Below, in pieces: positions 17,297 through 28,394 of a DNA stretch of 64,000 nucleotides. Made by a program: the position numbers and the translations under genes. Positions within the stretch are counted from its first letter, which is position 1. Each line of letters opens with the position of its first letter. A model generated the notes under the pieces. It saw only the letters and a list, made by a program, of their open reading frames with translations, made no database searches and was not told where the DNA came from. Origin of the DNA: an uncultured candidate division Zixibacteria bacterium (GTDB lineage Bacteria; Zixibacteria; MSB-5A5; RBG-16-43-9); NCBI GenBank assembly GCA_963713865.1, contig OY970208.1, positions 1,728,001 to 1,792,000 of the forward strand, written 5' to 3'.

Positions 17297-17617
17297 ATGA
17301 AAAAAGTGGTTTTGTGGTTATTTTTGTTCTTTCTTCCGGGGTTTTTATTAATAAGCGAAAATTCTTTTTGCCAAGATGATAATTATCTGGTTAATGTTGA
17401 ACTTAAAGCTAAAGGAGATCTGGATATTATTGGAATTTCTGCCTTTGACACCACCTATTTCAGAAAATACTGTCAGGCAGGTTTAGCGGCTTTAGCCACA
17501 TTGGCAATACCTTATTTTGACCTCAGAGGTGATGTTAATTTAGATATGAAGGTGAGTGTTTCAGATGTAGTTTACCTGATTAATTATCTTTTCAAAGGTG
17601 GTCCAGCACCCTGCTGA
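17297..17617 (+). CDS. Small secreted protein with a single dockerin-like repeat
   Basis: AAGGAG RBS, signal peptide, RGDVNLDMKVSVSDVVYLINYLFKGGPAPC. Confidence 0.8.
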   Translation: MKKVVLWLFLFFLPGFLLISENSFCQDDNYLVNVELKAKGDLDIIGISAFDTTYFRKYCQAGLAALATLAIPYFDLRGDVNLDMKVSVSDVVYLINYLFKGGPAPC

Positions 17618-17666
17618 AATTCAGTTTGTCCGCCTGAGGCAGATTGAAGTTTGGAGTTTGAAGAAG

Positions 17667-17696
17667 AAGGACAGCCATTGTGGTTGTCCTTTTTTT
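17667..17696 (+). terminator. Rho-independent terminator
   Basis: AAGGACAGCCA-ttg-TGGTTGTCCTT followed by a T tract. Confidence 0.75.
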
Positions 17697-17836
17697 ATCC
17701 AAACAGTGTGAAATTTGCAGTCAACCATGCCAGAAGGGTTGGTTGACAATCATTGTTAATTTGTAAAGCAGTCCGCCTTTGGCGAATATGCTTGTCCTAC
17801 TACAATCAAATCCTGGTAACAGTTGCACCTTTTTTC

Positions 17837-17899
17837 TTGACATTATGTCCGTATAGGATTATTATAAATGTGCTGGCACTTTAATACCGAGAGTGCTAA
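17837..17899 (+). promoter_or_regulatory. Sigma-70 promoter plus CIRCE operator of the hrcA operon
   Basis: TTGACA (17837)-N17-TATTAT; CTGGCACTT-N9-GAGTGCTAA at 17873-17899. Confidence 0.88.
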
Positions 17900-17941
17900 C
17901 GAGTAATTTATTTAATAATAAAGACTTAGCATAGTAAAATC

Positions 17942-18970
17942 ATGACCGGAGATTTAAGTTTAAGGGAAAAGAAAATCCTGAAGGCTTTGATTAATGAATA
18001 TATTTTAACTGCTCAGCCCGTAAGCTCAAAAGCAGTAGCGGAAAGGCATGGTCTGGGAGTTAGTTCTGCAACCGTAAGAAACTCAATGCACGATTTAGAG
18101 GAGAAAGGGCTTTTGAGACAACCTCATCCTTCTGCTGGAAGGATTCCAACCGATAAGGGTTACAGGATTTACGTTGATAACCTGGTCAAACCTGAAAAGC
18201 TGACTTTGCAGGAAAGAGAAAAGATCAGAAAGAACTTAGTGGAGGAACATACTGCAGTGGAGTATGTTTTAGAACAAGCCTCCAGGGTTTTAGGCAGAGT
18301 CTCGAATCTACTCGGAGTTACGATTGCACCTCATTTAGACACGGAGATTTTGACTCATATTGATTTATTATCGGTTGGAGAGAAAAAGCTTTTGATGGTT
18401 ATAGCAGTTAAATCAGGGATTGTGAAAAGTGTCCTTCTGGAGATTGATTCCGAGATAAAATCCAAGGCTTTACAGGAGACCGAAAGATTGCTAAATCAAA
18501 GGCTTTCCGGTTTGAGCCTAGGGGAGATTATGAATTCTGCAGAGAAGAGACTTAAAGATAGCTATACTGCCAATCTTCATTTAATCCAGCTTTTTCTGGA
18601 TTCAACGGATAACCTTTTGACCTTTCAGGAGGAGGAAAAGGTTTATCTGAGCGAATCGAATAATCTTTTAAATCAGCCGGAATTCAGGGGTAGGGAGAAC
18701 CTTTCCCGTTTTATACGGCTGATTGAGGATAAGAAATTCTGGCTGAAGATAATCAGTACTAAAGGAACAAAGGAAGGGATTAGCATCAGCATAGGCAGGG
18801 AGCTGGGTAAGGAAGAGATAGAAACCTGTAGTTTAATCTGTGCCGCTTATGGAAAAGGGAGTTTGAAAGGTAAATTAGGATTAATAGGTCCCACCAGGAT
18901 GAGATATGCAAAGTTAGTTTCCCTGGTGGATTATACTTCCAATATTTTAGGGGAGGTTCTCTCTGAATAA
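17942..18970 (+). CDS. hrcA: Heat-inducible transcription repressor HrcA
   Basis: SSATVRN.M.DLE..G...QPH.SAGRIPTDKGYR; IGPTRMRY; CIRCE upstream. Confidence 0.96.
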   Translation: MTGDLSLREKKILKALINEYILTAQPVSSKAVAERHGLGVSSATVRNSMHDLEEKGLLRQPHPSAGRIPTDKGYRIYVDNLVKPEKLTLQEREKIRKNLVEEHTAVEYVLEQASRVLGRVSNLLGVTIAPHLDTEILTHIDLLSVGEKKLLMVIAVKSGIVKSVLLEIDSEIKSKALQETERLLNQRLSGLSLGEIMNSAEKRLKDSYTANLHLIQLFLDSTDNLLTFQEEEKVYLSESNNLLNQPEFRGRENLSRFIRLIEDKKFWLKIISTKGTKEGISISIGRELGKEEIETCSLICAAYGKGSLKGKLGLIGPTRMRYAKLVSLVDYTSNILGEVLSE

Positions 18971-19034
18971 TTTTTTTAAGATTAAAGAAAAGTTTACTTG
19001 AGAATCTAGAGTGTAAACCTTTAGGTTTACCTTT

Positions 19035-19094
19035 GATAAAACTAAAGTCTTCACCAGGATCCCGGGAACAAGACCTTGACGGTTTTATACTCCA
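19035..19094 (-). repeat. GGAG-type ~60 bp element, inverted copy of 1444-1503
   Basis: Reverse complement reads TGGAGTATAAAACCGTCAAGGTCTTGTTCCCGGGATCCTGGTGAAGACTTTAGTTTTATC. Confidence 0.75.
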
Positions 19095-19139
19095 ATTTAT
19101 ATTCCAAGATAGTTGGGTTAATCAGAGGAAGGTGATTCT

Positions 19140-19799
19140 TTGACAGAAAAGAGTAAAAAAGAAAATAAGGAAAAGATTTCTTTGAATTCCTCAAGATTAG
19201 AAGGATCAGAAGAAGAGGAGAAAGAATTAGAAGAGAAAAGGGAGATGGAGCTGGAAAAATCCGAATCAGGGATTGAGGAAAAAAAGGAAGTCCAGGTAGA
19301 TGTTCTCAAGGAGCGATTGGAGAAATCTGAAAAGGAGTATAAGGAATTAGAGGACAGGCTTCTGAGACTGGCAGCTGAGTTTGATAATTATAAGAAAAGA
19401 ACTGCGAGGGAATTTCAGGCAATAATCAAAAATGCAAATGAAGAGTTAATTTCCCAATTAGTGGAGACCTTAGATAACTTCCAGAGAGCTTTAGACTCAG
19501 CCTCAAGGTCAAATTCGACTAAGAATTCCTCTGATTTCGATAGTTTTCATAAAGGGGTTGAGTTAATCTATCAGCATTTTATAGAAATTTTAAGGAAAGA
19601 AGGATTAAAGGAGATCAAGGCGGTTGGTGAGCCTTTTGACCCGCATTTCCACGAAGCGGTGATGCAGCAGGAGAGCGATGAGTTTCCTGAAGGGGTGGTT
19701 ATGGATGAAATAAGCAAGGGGTATATTTTAAATGATAAAGTCATCAAACATTCTAAGGTGATTGTGTCGAAAGGGAAATCTGATAAAAACAGTGGTTAG
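19140..19799 (+). CDS. grpE: Nucleotide exchange factor GrpE
   Basis: RLAAEFDNYKKR, FDPHFHEAV, KGY.LNDKVI. Confidence 0.95.
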   Translation: MTEKSKKENKEKISLNSSRLEGSEEEEKELEEKREMELEKSESGIEEKKEVQVDVLKERLEKSEKEYKELEDRLLRLAAEFDNYKKRTAREFQAIIKNANEELISQLVETLDNFQRALDSASRSNSTKNSSDFDSFHKGVELIYQHFIEILRKEGLKEIKAVGEPFDPHFHEAVMQQESDEFPEGVVMDEISKGYILNDKVIKHSKVIVSKGKSDKNSG

Positions 19800-19913
19800 T
19801 GGAGAGTGAACAGTGGTCCGTAACTGAGCACTTATCACTCACCATTCTTCACCGAAATTTGAGTACAGAGAAGTATTAGAAAGTGAATATAAAAATTTAG
19901 GAGGTTAGGAAAA

Positions 19914-21845
19914 ATGGCTAAAGTTATCGGAATAGATTTAGGGACAACTAATTCATGCGTGGCGGTGATGGAGGGGGGTGAGCCTAAGGTTATAGCAAAT
20001 GCTGAAGGGATGAGGACTACCCCTTCGGTGGTGGCTTTTACCAAAACCGGTGAAAGGTTAGTGGGGCAGATTGCTAAAAGGCAGGCAATAACTAATCCAG
20101 AGAATACCGTTTTCTCTATAAAAAGATTTATGGGGAGAAGACATTATGAAGTTATGGAAGAGGAGAAGATTGTTCCATATAAAATAGTGGAGGAGCCGAA
20201 TGGTGACGTGCGGGTTTTGATTCAGGGGAAAGAATATTCACCACCTGAAATCTCAGCTTATATTCTGCAGTCGATGAAAAAGACAGCTGAGGATTTTTTA
20301 GGAGAAAGAATTACCCAGGCAGTCATTACTGTGCCGGCCTATTTTAACGATTCTCAAAGACAAGCAACCAAGGATGCTGGAAGGATTGCTGGCTTAGAAG
20401 TCTTAAGGATTATAAACGAGCCTACAGCCGCATCCTTAGCTTATGGTTTGGAAAAGAAAAAGGATGAAAAGATTGCAGTATTTGATCTGGGTGGGGGAAC
20501 TTTTGATATTTCTATTTTAGAAATAGGAGAAGGTGTGTTTGAGGTTAGATCCACCAACGGTGATACCCATTTGGGCGGGGATGATTTTGACCAGAGGGTT
20601 ATGGACTGGATGGCGGATGAGTTTCAAAAAAACTACGGTATAGATTTGAGAAAAGACCGTATGGCTTTGCAGAGGCTTAAAGAAGCTGCAGAGAAGGCAA
20701 AATGCGAGCTTTCTACCACGCTGCAGACTAATATTAATCTCCCATTTATTACCGCAGATGCATCCGGTCCCAGGCACTTAGATTTAAACTTAACCAGGGC
20801 TAAGCTTGAGCAGTTAGTAGATGAGTTGCTTCAAAGGACAGTTGGTCCCTGCAAAAGAGCTTTAGAAGATGCCAAATTATCACCTGAGGATATTGATGAA
20901 GTGATTTTAGTGGGTGGACAGACCCGGATGCCTAAGGTTCAGGAAATAGTCAAAGAGCTTTTCAGAAAAGAGCCTCATAAGGGAGTTAATCCGGATGAGG
21001 TGGTAGCAGTGGGAGCGGCAATTCAAGCTGCGGTTTTAACCGGTGAAGTAAAAGACGTTCTCCTTTTAGACGTTACCCCTTTGTCCTTAGGTATTGAGAC
21101 CTTAGGTGGAGTAATGACCCGTTTAATAGAAAGGAACACCACTATCCCGACCAAAAAGAGTCAGATTTTCTCAACTGCGGCTGATAACCAGACCGCAGTC
21201 TCAATTCACGTTCTCCAGGGGGAAAGGGAGATGGCGATTGATAATCGGACCTTAGGAAGATTTGATTTAATCGGGTTACCTCCTGCACCCAGAGGCATTC
21301 CTCAAATCGAAGTAGCTTTCGATATAGATGCAAATGGAATAGTTCACGTTTCAGCTAAAGATTTGGGAACCGGGAAAGAACAATCTATCAAAATTCAAGT
21401 CTCTTCAGGAATTTCGGAGCAGGAGATCAAGAAGATGGTAAAAGATGCTGAGGCACACTCGGATGAGGACAAAAGAAAAAAAGGGTTAGTTGAATCCCGG
21501 AATAAGGCTGACCAGATAGTTTATACTACTGAAAAAACCTTAAAGGAATATGGAGATAAAATCTCAGCGGAGGAGAAAAAGAAGATCGAACAGGCAATAG
21601 AGAGGGTGAAATCGGTAATCAACAGCGATAATAAAGATGAAATAGATAGGGCAACAGAGGAGCTTCTGACTGCTTCGCATAAAATTGCTGAGGAGATGTA
21701 CAAAAAAACTACCAGCCAGCAGCAAACAGATAGACCTTCAGGTGAATCAGCTGAAGAGAAGAAGTCCGGGAACGGATCAGAGAAAAAAGAGGGAAAAGAT
21801 GGGGCTGTGGATGCGGATTACGAAGTGATGGATGATAAACAATAA
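19914..21845 (+). CDS. dnaK: Chaperone DnaK
   Basis: [25 protein letters not shown]. Confidence 0.98.
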   Translation: MAKVIGIDLGTTNSCVAVMEGGEPKVIANAEGMRTTPSVVAFTKTGERLVGQIAKRQAITNPENTVFSIKRFMGRRHYEVMEEEKIVPYKIVEEPNGDVRVLIQGKEYSPPEISAYILQSMKKTAEDFLGERITQAVITVPAYFNDSQRQATKDAGRIAGLEVLRIINEPTAASLAYGLEKKKDEKIAVFDLGGGTFDISILEIGEGVFEVRSTNGDTHLGGDDFDQRVMDWMADEFQKNYGIDLRKDRMALQRLKEAAEKAKCELSTTLQTNINLPFITADASGPRHLDLNLTRAKLEQLVDELLQRTVGPCKRALEDAKLSPEDIDEVILVGGQTRMPKVQEIVKELFRKEPHKGVNPDEVVAVGAAIQAAVLTGEVKDVLLLDVTPLSLGIETLGGVMTRLIERNTTIPTKKSQIFSTAADNQTAVSIHVLQGEREMAIDNRTLGRFDLIGLPPAPRGIPQIEVAFDIDANGIVHVSAKDLGTGKEQSIKIQVSSGISEQEIKKMVKDAEAHSDEDKRKKGLVESRNKADQIVYTTEKTLKEYGDKISAEEKKKIEQAIERVKSVINSDNKDEIDRATEELLTASHKIAEEMYKKTTSQQQTDRPSGESAEEKKSGNGSEKKEGKDGAVDADYEVMDDKQ

Positions 21846-21872
21846 AAATAATGAAGGATGATGCATAAAAAA

Positions 21873-22042
21873 GTAGCGTCCGGCTTTATGCCGGACGTTT
21901 TTATTTTCTCTATCATCTACATTTTAAGAGAGGAGAATGTAATGCTGGTAGAGGCGTATTACATGTATCTTGGTCTTTTTAGCGACCCTGAAAGGGATGC
22001 GCTACTAAAAAGAGTAGGGGCAGGTTTTAAACCTGCCCCTAC
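21873..22042. repeat. Cluster of GTAG-type REP-like palindromes
   Basis: GTAG-CGTCCGGC-tttat-GCCGGACG (21873); GTAGGGGCAGGTTT-t-AAACCTGCCCCTAC (22014-22042); degenerate copies between. Confidence 0.75.
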
Positions 22043-22066
22043 AAATTATTTCGACCTCACAAAAAA

Positions 22067-22534
22067 TCAGATAAGCCCGAATTCTTTTTGCAGAGCCTGG
22101 GTTGCCTGATCAAGCTGGTTTTTGGCTATCAAGCAGTGCAGGCAGGTCATTGAGGTGCAAACCGCCTGGATGTTAATCTTATGGGTAGCTAAAACCTCAA
22201 AAGCTCTGCCAGCTATTCCGGGAGTTTGTGAAAGCTGAGGGTGGGTAACAGTAACCAGAGCTACCTCAGGGTCTATGGCTAACTCCTGAGCTTTGATGTC
22301 TTCACTGATCTTTTTCAACTCGAACATAGCTGACTGTAAATCTTTTTTAGCCAGGACGAAAGTGATATTGACTTTACCCATAGTGCCGCAAGAGGCAGAA
22401 GTTATCAACTGCACATTCATTCCATGCGACCACAAACTGCCGAAAATCCTGGCAGCAATGCCCGGCAGGTCTGGAACTGAAACCAGAGTCACTTTGGAAA
22501 TATCCATCTGATTCAAAATTTGAAATTCGGACAT
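22067..22534 (-). CDS. Tandem ACT-domain protein (aspartokinase regulatory-subunit-like)
   Basis: VPDLPGIAARIF...MNVQLI and TPGIAGRAFEVLA..KINI repeats. Confidence 0.85.
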   Translation of the reverse strand: MSEFQILNQMDISKVTLVSVPDLPGIAARIFGSLWSHGMNVQLITSASCGTMGKVNITFVLAKKDLQSAMFELKKISEDIKAQELAIDPEVALVTVTHPQLSQTPGIAGRAFEVLATHKINIQAVCTSMTCLHCLIAKNQLDQATQALQKEFGLI

Positions 22535-22975
22535 AAGATAGTCTCCTGATATTTAAAACCGTAAGATCAATTTGTGTTAAAAAATATTTATTATCCCACC
22601 TTGAAGGCAAGGTGGGACTACCGAATCTTGTATAGTTAAATTTTCAAAGAAAACTTCGATTTGTTTCAAGATAATATAAAACCTTTTAAAGTCAAAGAAT
22701 TTATGTAGTTTTTAACTAAAAAGTTCAGAAAATATAAGTTGAATAAAGTAGTTTTAGTCAGATTTATCATTCGGAGTGCATCAGCTTGTTGAATTTGACA
22801 TTGAGGCCGATATTTCATAAAAAACGCAAGAACAGGCAATTTCACTCCACATTTATTAATCATTTATGCATAATAATTTTAAAAGGTTAAAGGTTGACAG
22901 TTGAAATATTAAGTATATATTAGAGATTTCAGAGACCGATAACGTAATATGATAAGGTTATAATCACAGGAATAT

Positions 22976-24136
22976 ATGGCTAAAAGAGATTATTATGAGA
23001 TCTTGGGTGTAGACAGGTCTGCCTCTGAAGAGGAGATTAAAAAAGCCTACCGGAGATTAGCCCTGCAGCATCATCCGGACAGGAACCCGGGTAATAAAGA
23101 GGCGGAGGAGAAATTCAAGGAGGCAACTGAGGCTTACGAGGTATTGAAGGACCCGGATAAAAGGGGCAAATACGACCAGTTTGGACATGTGGGAGTTGGC
23201 GCAAATACAGGTTATGAAGAGTCATATTATAGACCATTTAATCGAGATCATGCCATGAGAATTTTTGAAGAGTTCATCCGACAGTTCGGTCTTGATGATC
23301 TTGATATCTTCGAAGAAAGAAGAACTAGAAGAACCAAGCACGGCCCTGTTCAAGGAGAGGACATACAGATAAGACTAAAATTGAGTCTTGAAGAGATAGC
23401 TACAGGAGCAGAGAAAAAAATTAAACTAAAAAGGTTTGTCGGATGTTCTTCCTGTGGAGGAACTGGGGCTGAGAAAGGAACCTTTAATAGGACTTGCCCT
23501 AATTGTGATGGCACAGGAGAGGTAAGAAAAGTTTCCCGCTCTTTCTTAGGTCAATCGATTGTGGTTACTACCTGTAATCTGTGCGGGGGCTCAGGTGAAG
23601 TTATAGAAAAAGCCTGTTCCACCTGCGGTGGAGATGGAAGGGTAAAAGGGGAAAGCACTATAAATGTTAAGGTGCCAGCCGGCGTAGTTACCGGGAATTA
23701 CATACCCCTGCGGGGTGCTGGTAATTATGGTAAAAGAGGAGGTCCAGCCGGGGATGTTCTGGTTTTCATTGAGGAACAAGAGCATTCCCAGTTTATCCGG
23801 CACGAGGATGACTTAATTTATGAAGTGGCGATTAGCTTTCCTCAGGCTGCTTTGGGAACTGAAGTTGAGATACCTACTCTGGACGGCAGGGTAAATCTGA
23901 AAATACCATCCGGCACACAGTCAGGTAAGCCTTTCCGTTTAAGAGGTAAAGGGATTCCCCATCTTCATTCGTATGGCAGAGGTGACCAGATAGTCAGGGT
24001 TTTAGTCTGGGTACCAAATTCTCTTTCTTCGGAAGAAAAGAGATTATTAAAAGAACTGGCTGAAAAGTCCGGAATTAAACCTCCAAAAGGGGATAAGGAT
24101 TTCTTTGCGAGGTTAAGAAATACATTAGGATTCTAA
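22976..24136 (+). CDS. dnaJ: Chaperone DnaJ
   Basis: J domain with HPD; four CxxCxGxG repeats. Confidence 0.97.
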   Translation: MAKRDYYEILGVDRSASEEEIKKAYRRLALQHHPDRNPGNKEAEEKFKEATEAYEVLKDPDKRGKYDQFGHVGVGANTGYEESYYRPFNRDHAMRIFEEFIRQFGLDDLDIFEERRTRRTKHGPVQGEDIQIRLKLSLEEIATGAEKKIKLKRFVGCSSCGGTGAEKGTFNRTCPNCDGTGEVRKVSRSFLGQSIVVTTCNLCGGSGEVIEKACSTCGGDGRVKGESTINVKVPAGVVTGNYIPLRGAGNYGKRGGPAGDVLVFIEEQEHSQFIRHEDDLIYEVAISFPQAALGTEVEIPTLDGRVNLKIPSGTQSGKPFRLRGKGIPHLHSYGRGDQIVRVLVWVPNSLSSEEKRLLKELAEKSGIKPPKGDKDFFARLRNTLGF

Positions 24137-24279
24137 ATAGACGATTGGGTTTGTAGGGCAGTCTTTGACAACCAGACCTATCTTAACCACAAAAAGAGAG
24201 CAGCGGTGTATTAAGCCTGAGGATTAGGTAGAGTTTATAAAGGATAAGAGTAACAAGAATTTTGGATGTAAAAAAAAAG

Positions 24280-26208
24280 ATGAAGCTTAGAGAAATAATT
24301 ATTAAAAATTTTCGGTGTCTGGTAGATGTATTCGTTCCTATTACAGACACTACTATTTTAGTCGGTGAAAATAATTCAGGTAAGACGGCTCTGCTTGAAG
24401 CGTTGAAAGCAGCATTACCTGGGAGTACCGCGGGACGAGTGACACCGTTCGACGAGTATGATTACCATATGGTTAAAGCTATTGATTCTCCACAAACGAG
24501 TGAGGGTATTGTCATCGAATTGTGGTTTCGAGAGGACCAATCCGATGAGTGGCCGGCTTCTTTAGTTCAAGCTCTTAACGATATTATCCAAACAGATCCT
24601 GTAATGGATTTGGATTCTATCGGGTTAAGATTATCAAGCAAATATGATACAACAACCAAGGAAATTGTTTCCAAATGGGAATTTCTTGCCTTGAATGGTC
24701 AGACATTGGGAGGCAAAGGTGCAAACCCTAATAACTTGAGCAAATTCCTTCAGTATATCCGTTTGTTTTATTTATCTGCCCTCCGTAGTTCAGACCATGA
24801 TTTTTCTCCTAGCTCTCAGTTTTGGGGGCAGATACTTAAAAAGCTTAAGATTAGCGAAGAACAGGGGAAAATCCTTAATGAAGAACTGACAAAGCTTAAT
24901 GATGACTTGCTAGGAGCAGACCCAAGGCTTGAACAGGTAAGAGTTTCGTTAGAAAAAGTTCAAAAAATCATGGCGCTGGGAACGGGACAAAGCACTTCAA
25001 TCCGAGCGTTACCGCTTAAACCGTGGGATTTGATGGCGAGGTCGCAGGTGGTAATCAAGGCTTGCGGAACAGAGAACGAATTTCCACTTTCTCGCCATGG
25101 GCAGGGCATGCAGAGTTTAGCTGTTCTTTTTCTTTTCCAGGCTTATCTTGAGGTGCTTCTTAAACCAACGTTTGAGACGGATACGGAGGCTATTTTGGCT
25201 TTAGAGGAACCAGAGGCACATCTTCATCCGCAAGCGACTCGTGCGCTTGCCATTAACTTGGGCGAGGTTAAAAGTCAGAAGATTATATCAAGCCATTCAC
25301 CTTATTTCATCCAGGAAATTCCCTTTGAATACATTCGCTTGTTTCGTCGGAATGGGCCATCGTCCAAAGTTCTTTATGTTAAACGTTCCCTTACTGCTAA
25401 CATCCCAGAGAAAAAGGAGTTAATAGAGTTTTGTGATAAAAATGCTTCAAAGTTTCAGTATCATATTGGTAATGCTATCCTTTCTATCAGTGGTAGGATG
25501 GAAGAAGGGGAATACCGCGATTTGCTTAAGATTTATTCGGACCAGACTGAGGTTCATCCAGAAATCAAACGTCTTAAAAAAGAATCTCAACTGTATCTTA
25601 CTCATAGTGACCTTAAAGACCTTGATACTTACGCAAAGCGCATGCGTGGAGATGTGCTTTTCGCTCGTGGATGGCTCCTATGTGAAGGGCAATGTGATTA
25701 TTTATTGGTACGATATTTTGCAGAGTTATTGGGGAAACCGTTGGACCAGGAAGGAATTACCGTAGTCGATTTTCAGAATAATGGATCCCCGGGTGCTTTT
25801 GTGGCCTTGGCACGAACTTTTGAGATTCCGTGGATTATGGTTTGCGACAATGACGATGCCGGAAAAGAATTTGTTAATCAGGTCAAAAATCGTGGGCTGA
25901 CAGATGAAGAGATCAAAGAGTTTGTTCGACCACTGGAAGAAGGTTTTGATCTGGAACTGTTCCTAGTGAAAAAAGGTTTCATTCAGGAATACAGAAGCAT
26001 TCTTGCTAAGCGAAAGGTCAATTTAGCTAAGAAAGAGGGTGATCAAGGGTTTGAGGAGGAAATTGCCTCAGTGATTAGGAAAGATAAGACAGGATATGTT
26101 AATGCATTGATTGAAGAACTTCGGGCAACTAGTGCTGACAAAACGAGAGTTCCTCAGTTATTTGAAGTAGCTATTGAAGATATAATTAAAAAGGCGAGTA
26201 CGGAATGA
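24280..26208 (+). CDS. OLD-family ATP-dependent nuclease (ABC ATPase + TOPRIM), GajA-like
   Basis: GENNSGKT, HGQGMQS, LEEPEAHLHP, SSHSP; TOPRIM LCEGQCD and CDND. Confidence 0.88.
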   Translation: MKLREIIIKNFRCLVDVFVPITDTTILVGENNSGKTALLEALKAALPGSTAGRVTPFDEYDYHMVKAIDSPQTSEGIVIELWFREDQSDEWPASLVQALNDIIQTDPVMDLDSIGLRLSSKYDTTTKEIVSKWEFLALNGQTLGGKGANPNNLSKFLQYIRLFYLSALRSSDHDFSPSSQFWGQILKKLKISEEQGKILNEELTKLNDDLLGADPRLEQVRVSLEKVQKIMALGTGQSTSIRALPLKPWDLMARSQVVIKACGTENEFPLSRHGQGMQSLAVLFLFQAYLEVLLKPTFETDTEAILALEEPEAHLHPQATRALAINLGEVKSQKIISSHSPYFIQEIPFEYIRLFRRNGPSSKVLYVKRSLTANIPEKKELIEFCDKNASKFQYHIGNAILSISGRMEEGEYRDLLKIYSDQTEVHPEIKRLKKESQLYLTHSDLKDLDTYAKRMRGDVLFARGWLLCEGQCDYLLVRYFAELLGKPLDQEGITVVDFQNNGSPGAFVALARTFEIPWIMVCDNDDAGKEFVNQVKNRGLTDEEIKEFVRPLEEGFDLELFLVKKGFIQEYRSILAKRKVNLAKKEGDQGFEEEIASVIRKDKTGYVNALIEELRATSADKTRVPQLFEVAIEDIIKKASTE

Positions 26209-28148
26209 GGACTAAAGAGCTAATTTCAGCTTGGGAAGAGTTAAGCCCTATTCAGAAGGAAGCAGCCAAATGGGATAAGTCTCCTCTGTTAGTATTGGCG
26301 GGCCCAGGAGCAGGAAAAACAAGGGTTCTTACTTGTCGTATAGCGAACATTCTTGATTCTAGTTGTGACGAAAATTTCCGCGTCCTTGGCTTAACATTCA
26401 CTAACAAAGCAGCAGATGAGATGAGAAGTCGTGTAGCTAACTTTGTACCTGGCCAAGAAGGACGTCTTTTCTTGGGAACTTTTCATTCATTTTGTGCAGA
26501 TGTTTTACGTCAACACGGAACACATTTAAATATTAATCCTAATTTTCATATTTATTCACAGGATGTTGACTTGCAAGCCGTATTGAATGATGCAGTGGAA
26601 GAAGCTAAAAAGGAGTCCGATGTGGTCACTGATTCTGACAAGAAAACCTTGATAGTTATACAACGTCTAAAGTCTCGTCTTGTTTTGCCTGAGAACTGCC
26701 GTGAGATATTTATAGATAAAGAATTCGGTGAGCGGATGGCTATCGTTTATCCGGCCTACGAAGCGGAATTATCAAAGCGGAATGCTCTAGATTTCAATTC
26801 CTTAATTTTCAAAGCATACTTATTGTTTACAAAATTTCCTGCTTTTGCCAAACGTTATCGAGCGGTCTATCCCTATATTTGTATAGACGAGTTTCAAGAT
26901 ACGAATCATGCTCAATATAATTTCATTCGAGCTTTTACTGGAGACCAACACAAGAATCTATTTATAGTTGCTGACGATGATCAAATTATTTACCAATGGA
27001 ACGGGGCAAGTCACAAACGCATTGAGGAGTTTGTGAAGGATTATTCACCAAGTGTTATCCAGCTGCCTGTGAATTATAGATGTCCACCTGAAATTGTGTC
27101 GTTAGCTAATAATCTTATAAGCTACAACTTTTTGAGAACCATTAATAAAAAACCTCTTGTAGCATTTCGGCCTAGTCCAGGCGGAGACACTGTGCGTTTA
27201 ATTCCGGTTTTTCCCGACTTTGATGCTGAGACGTCTGGAATAGCCAAAGACATAAAAAGGCTTCATTCTGGTCATCTTGGTTCAGTCGTCGTATTAGCAA
27301 GAAGCCGTAAGCTACTTGTCGGTGCTGAACATGCACTTCATAACGAAGGATTGCCTGCTGTAATCTGTCAGCGAAAAGATGAATTTGAAAGCACTCCGTT
27401 CATATGGCTTCATTCCATACTACGTCTTGCTAATGATAGACAAAATCGTAGTTATTTGGAGGCTGTGTGTGGTACCTTTACGCAGCTTACCAATGTAGAG
27501 GTTGACCCCGACGATGTCATTACACAAGCTCGAGCGTCAAACCGAGACTATTTACAGTTTTGGATTAAACTTGTGCATCAAAAAACTTCAGATGCGTTGG
27601 TAGAGGAAATTATCAATCAAACATCAGGATTCTTGGGAGAAGGTAGAGATTTTAGAGGGTTTAGTAAATTAGCATTTGATTGGTTTAACAAACTGATACA
27701 AGCCAAACAACAAGCTAACAGCGACCCGACCATTGAGCTATTTACTCGTTATGAAGATGAGCGTTGTGTGTGGGAAGAGTTAACGAGAGAAATAACAGAA
27801 TCTTTAGGAGACGAAATAACTCTGGAAGCATTTCTGCAAGAACTCCAGATGCATTCGAAAGAACCATCTCCTCTACCAAACTCAGTAATTCTCATGACAA
27901 TTCACGGAGCCAAAGGCAAGGAATTTGATCACGTTTATTTGATTGGACTAGTGGACGATGAGTTACCATCATTTCAGAGTAAACAAAAGGGTGATAATAG
28001 TCCAGAGATGGAAGAAGAACGTCGTAACTGTTTTGTTGCAATTACTAGAACCATTGAAACTCTAACACTTAGTTATGCAGAAAAATATAGGGGTTGGTCT
28101 AAAATACCTTCCAGATTTCTCTTCGAGATGGGATTGCTTAATGATTAG
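26205..28148 (+). CDS. UvrD/Rep-family helicase, GajB-like partner
   Basis: AGPGAGKT, TFTNKAA, DEFQDT, NYRC, TIHGAKGKEFD, EERR..FVAITR; ATGA overlap with the OLD gene. Confidence 0.9.
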   Translation: MRTKELISAWEELSPIQKEAAKWDKSPLLVLAGPGAGKTRVLTCRIANILDSSCDENFRVLGLTFTNKAADEMRSRVANFVPGQEGRLFLGTFHSFCADVLRQHGTHLNINPNFHIYSQDVDLQAVLNDAVEEAKKESDVVTDSDKKTLIVIQRLKSRLVLPENCREIFIDKEFGERMAIVYPAYEAELSKRNALDFNSLIFKAYLLFTKFPAFAKRYRAVYPYICIDEFQDTNHAQYNFIRAFTGDQHKNLFIVADDDQIIYQWNGASHKRIEEFVKDYSPSVIQLPVNYRCPPEIVSLANNLISYNFLRTINKKPLVAFRPSPGGDTVRLIPVFPDFDAETSGIAKDIKRLHSGHLGSVVVLARSRKLLVGAEHALHNEGLPAVICQRKDEFESTPFIWLHSILRLANDRQNRSYLEAVCGTFTQLTNVEVDPDDVITQARASNRDYLQFWIKLVHQKTSDALVEEIINQTSGFLGEGRDFRGFSKLAFDWFNKLIQAKQQANSDPTIELFTRYEDERCVWEELTREITESLGDEITLEAFLQELQMHSKEPSPLPNSVILMTIHGAKGKEFDHVYLIGLVDDELPSFQSKQKGDNSPEMEEERRNCFVAITRTIETLTLSYAEKYRGWSKIPSRFLFEMGLLND

Positions 28149-28394
28149 AGCTATCAGGAGAATGATAATAACAGAGAATAAAACACTTAAAGAGTTATAC
28201 TTTTCATATAGAAGATATATTAAAGCGAATTTGAGAATATTCTGAAGAAGTAGCTACTATTACAGAAATAGATTATCGAAATTAGAGCAAGGAAGAGCTG
28301 ATAAGGCATGATAGTTGAGCATTAATGCTTGATCTTTGGGAAAAATTAATATCCTAAAACTTTTAGGCGGGGCTCCCAGCCCCGCAAAATATTA

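Noticed and set aside
21858-22109. 83-aa ORF after dnaK
   Set aside because: It runs through a REP cluster and overlaps the ACT gene antisense; likely spurious.
28162-28245. Short ORF after the helicase as a third defence gene
   Set aside because: Only about 27 codons with no recognisable motif.
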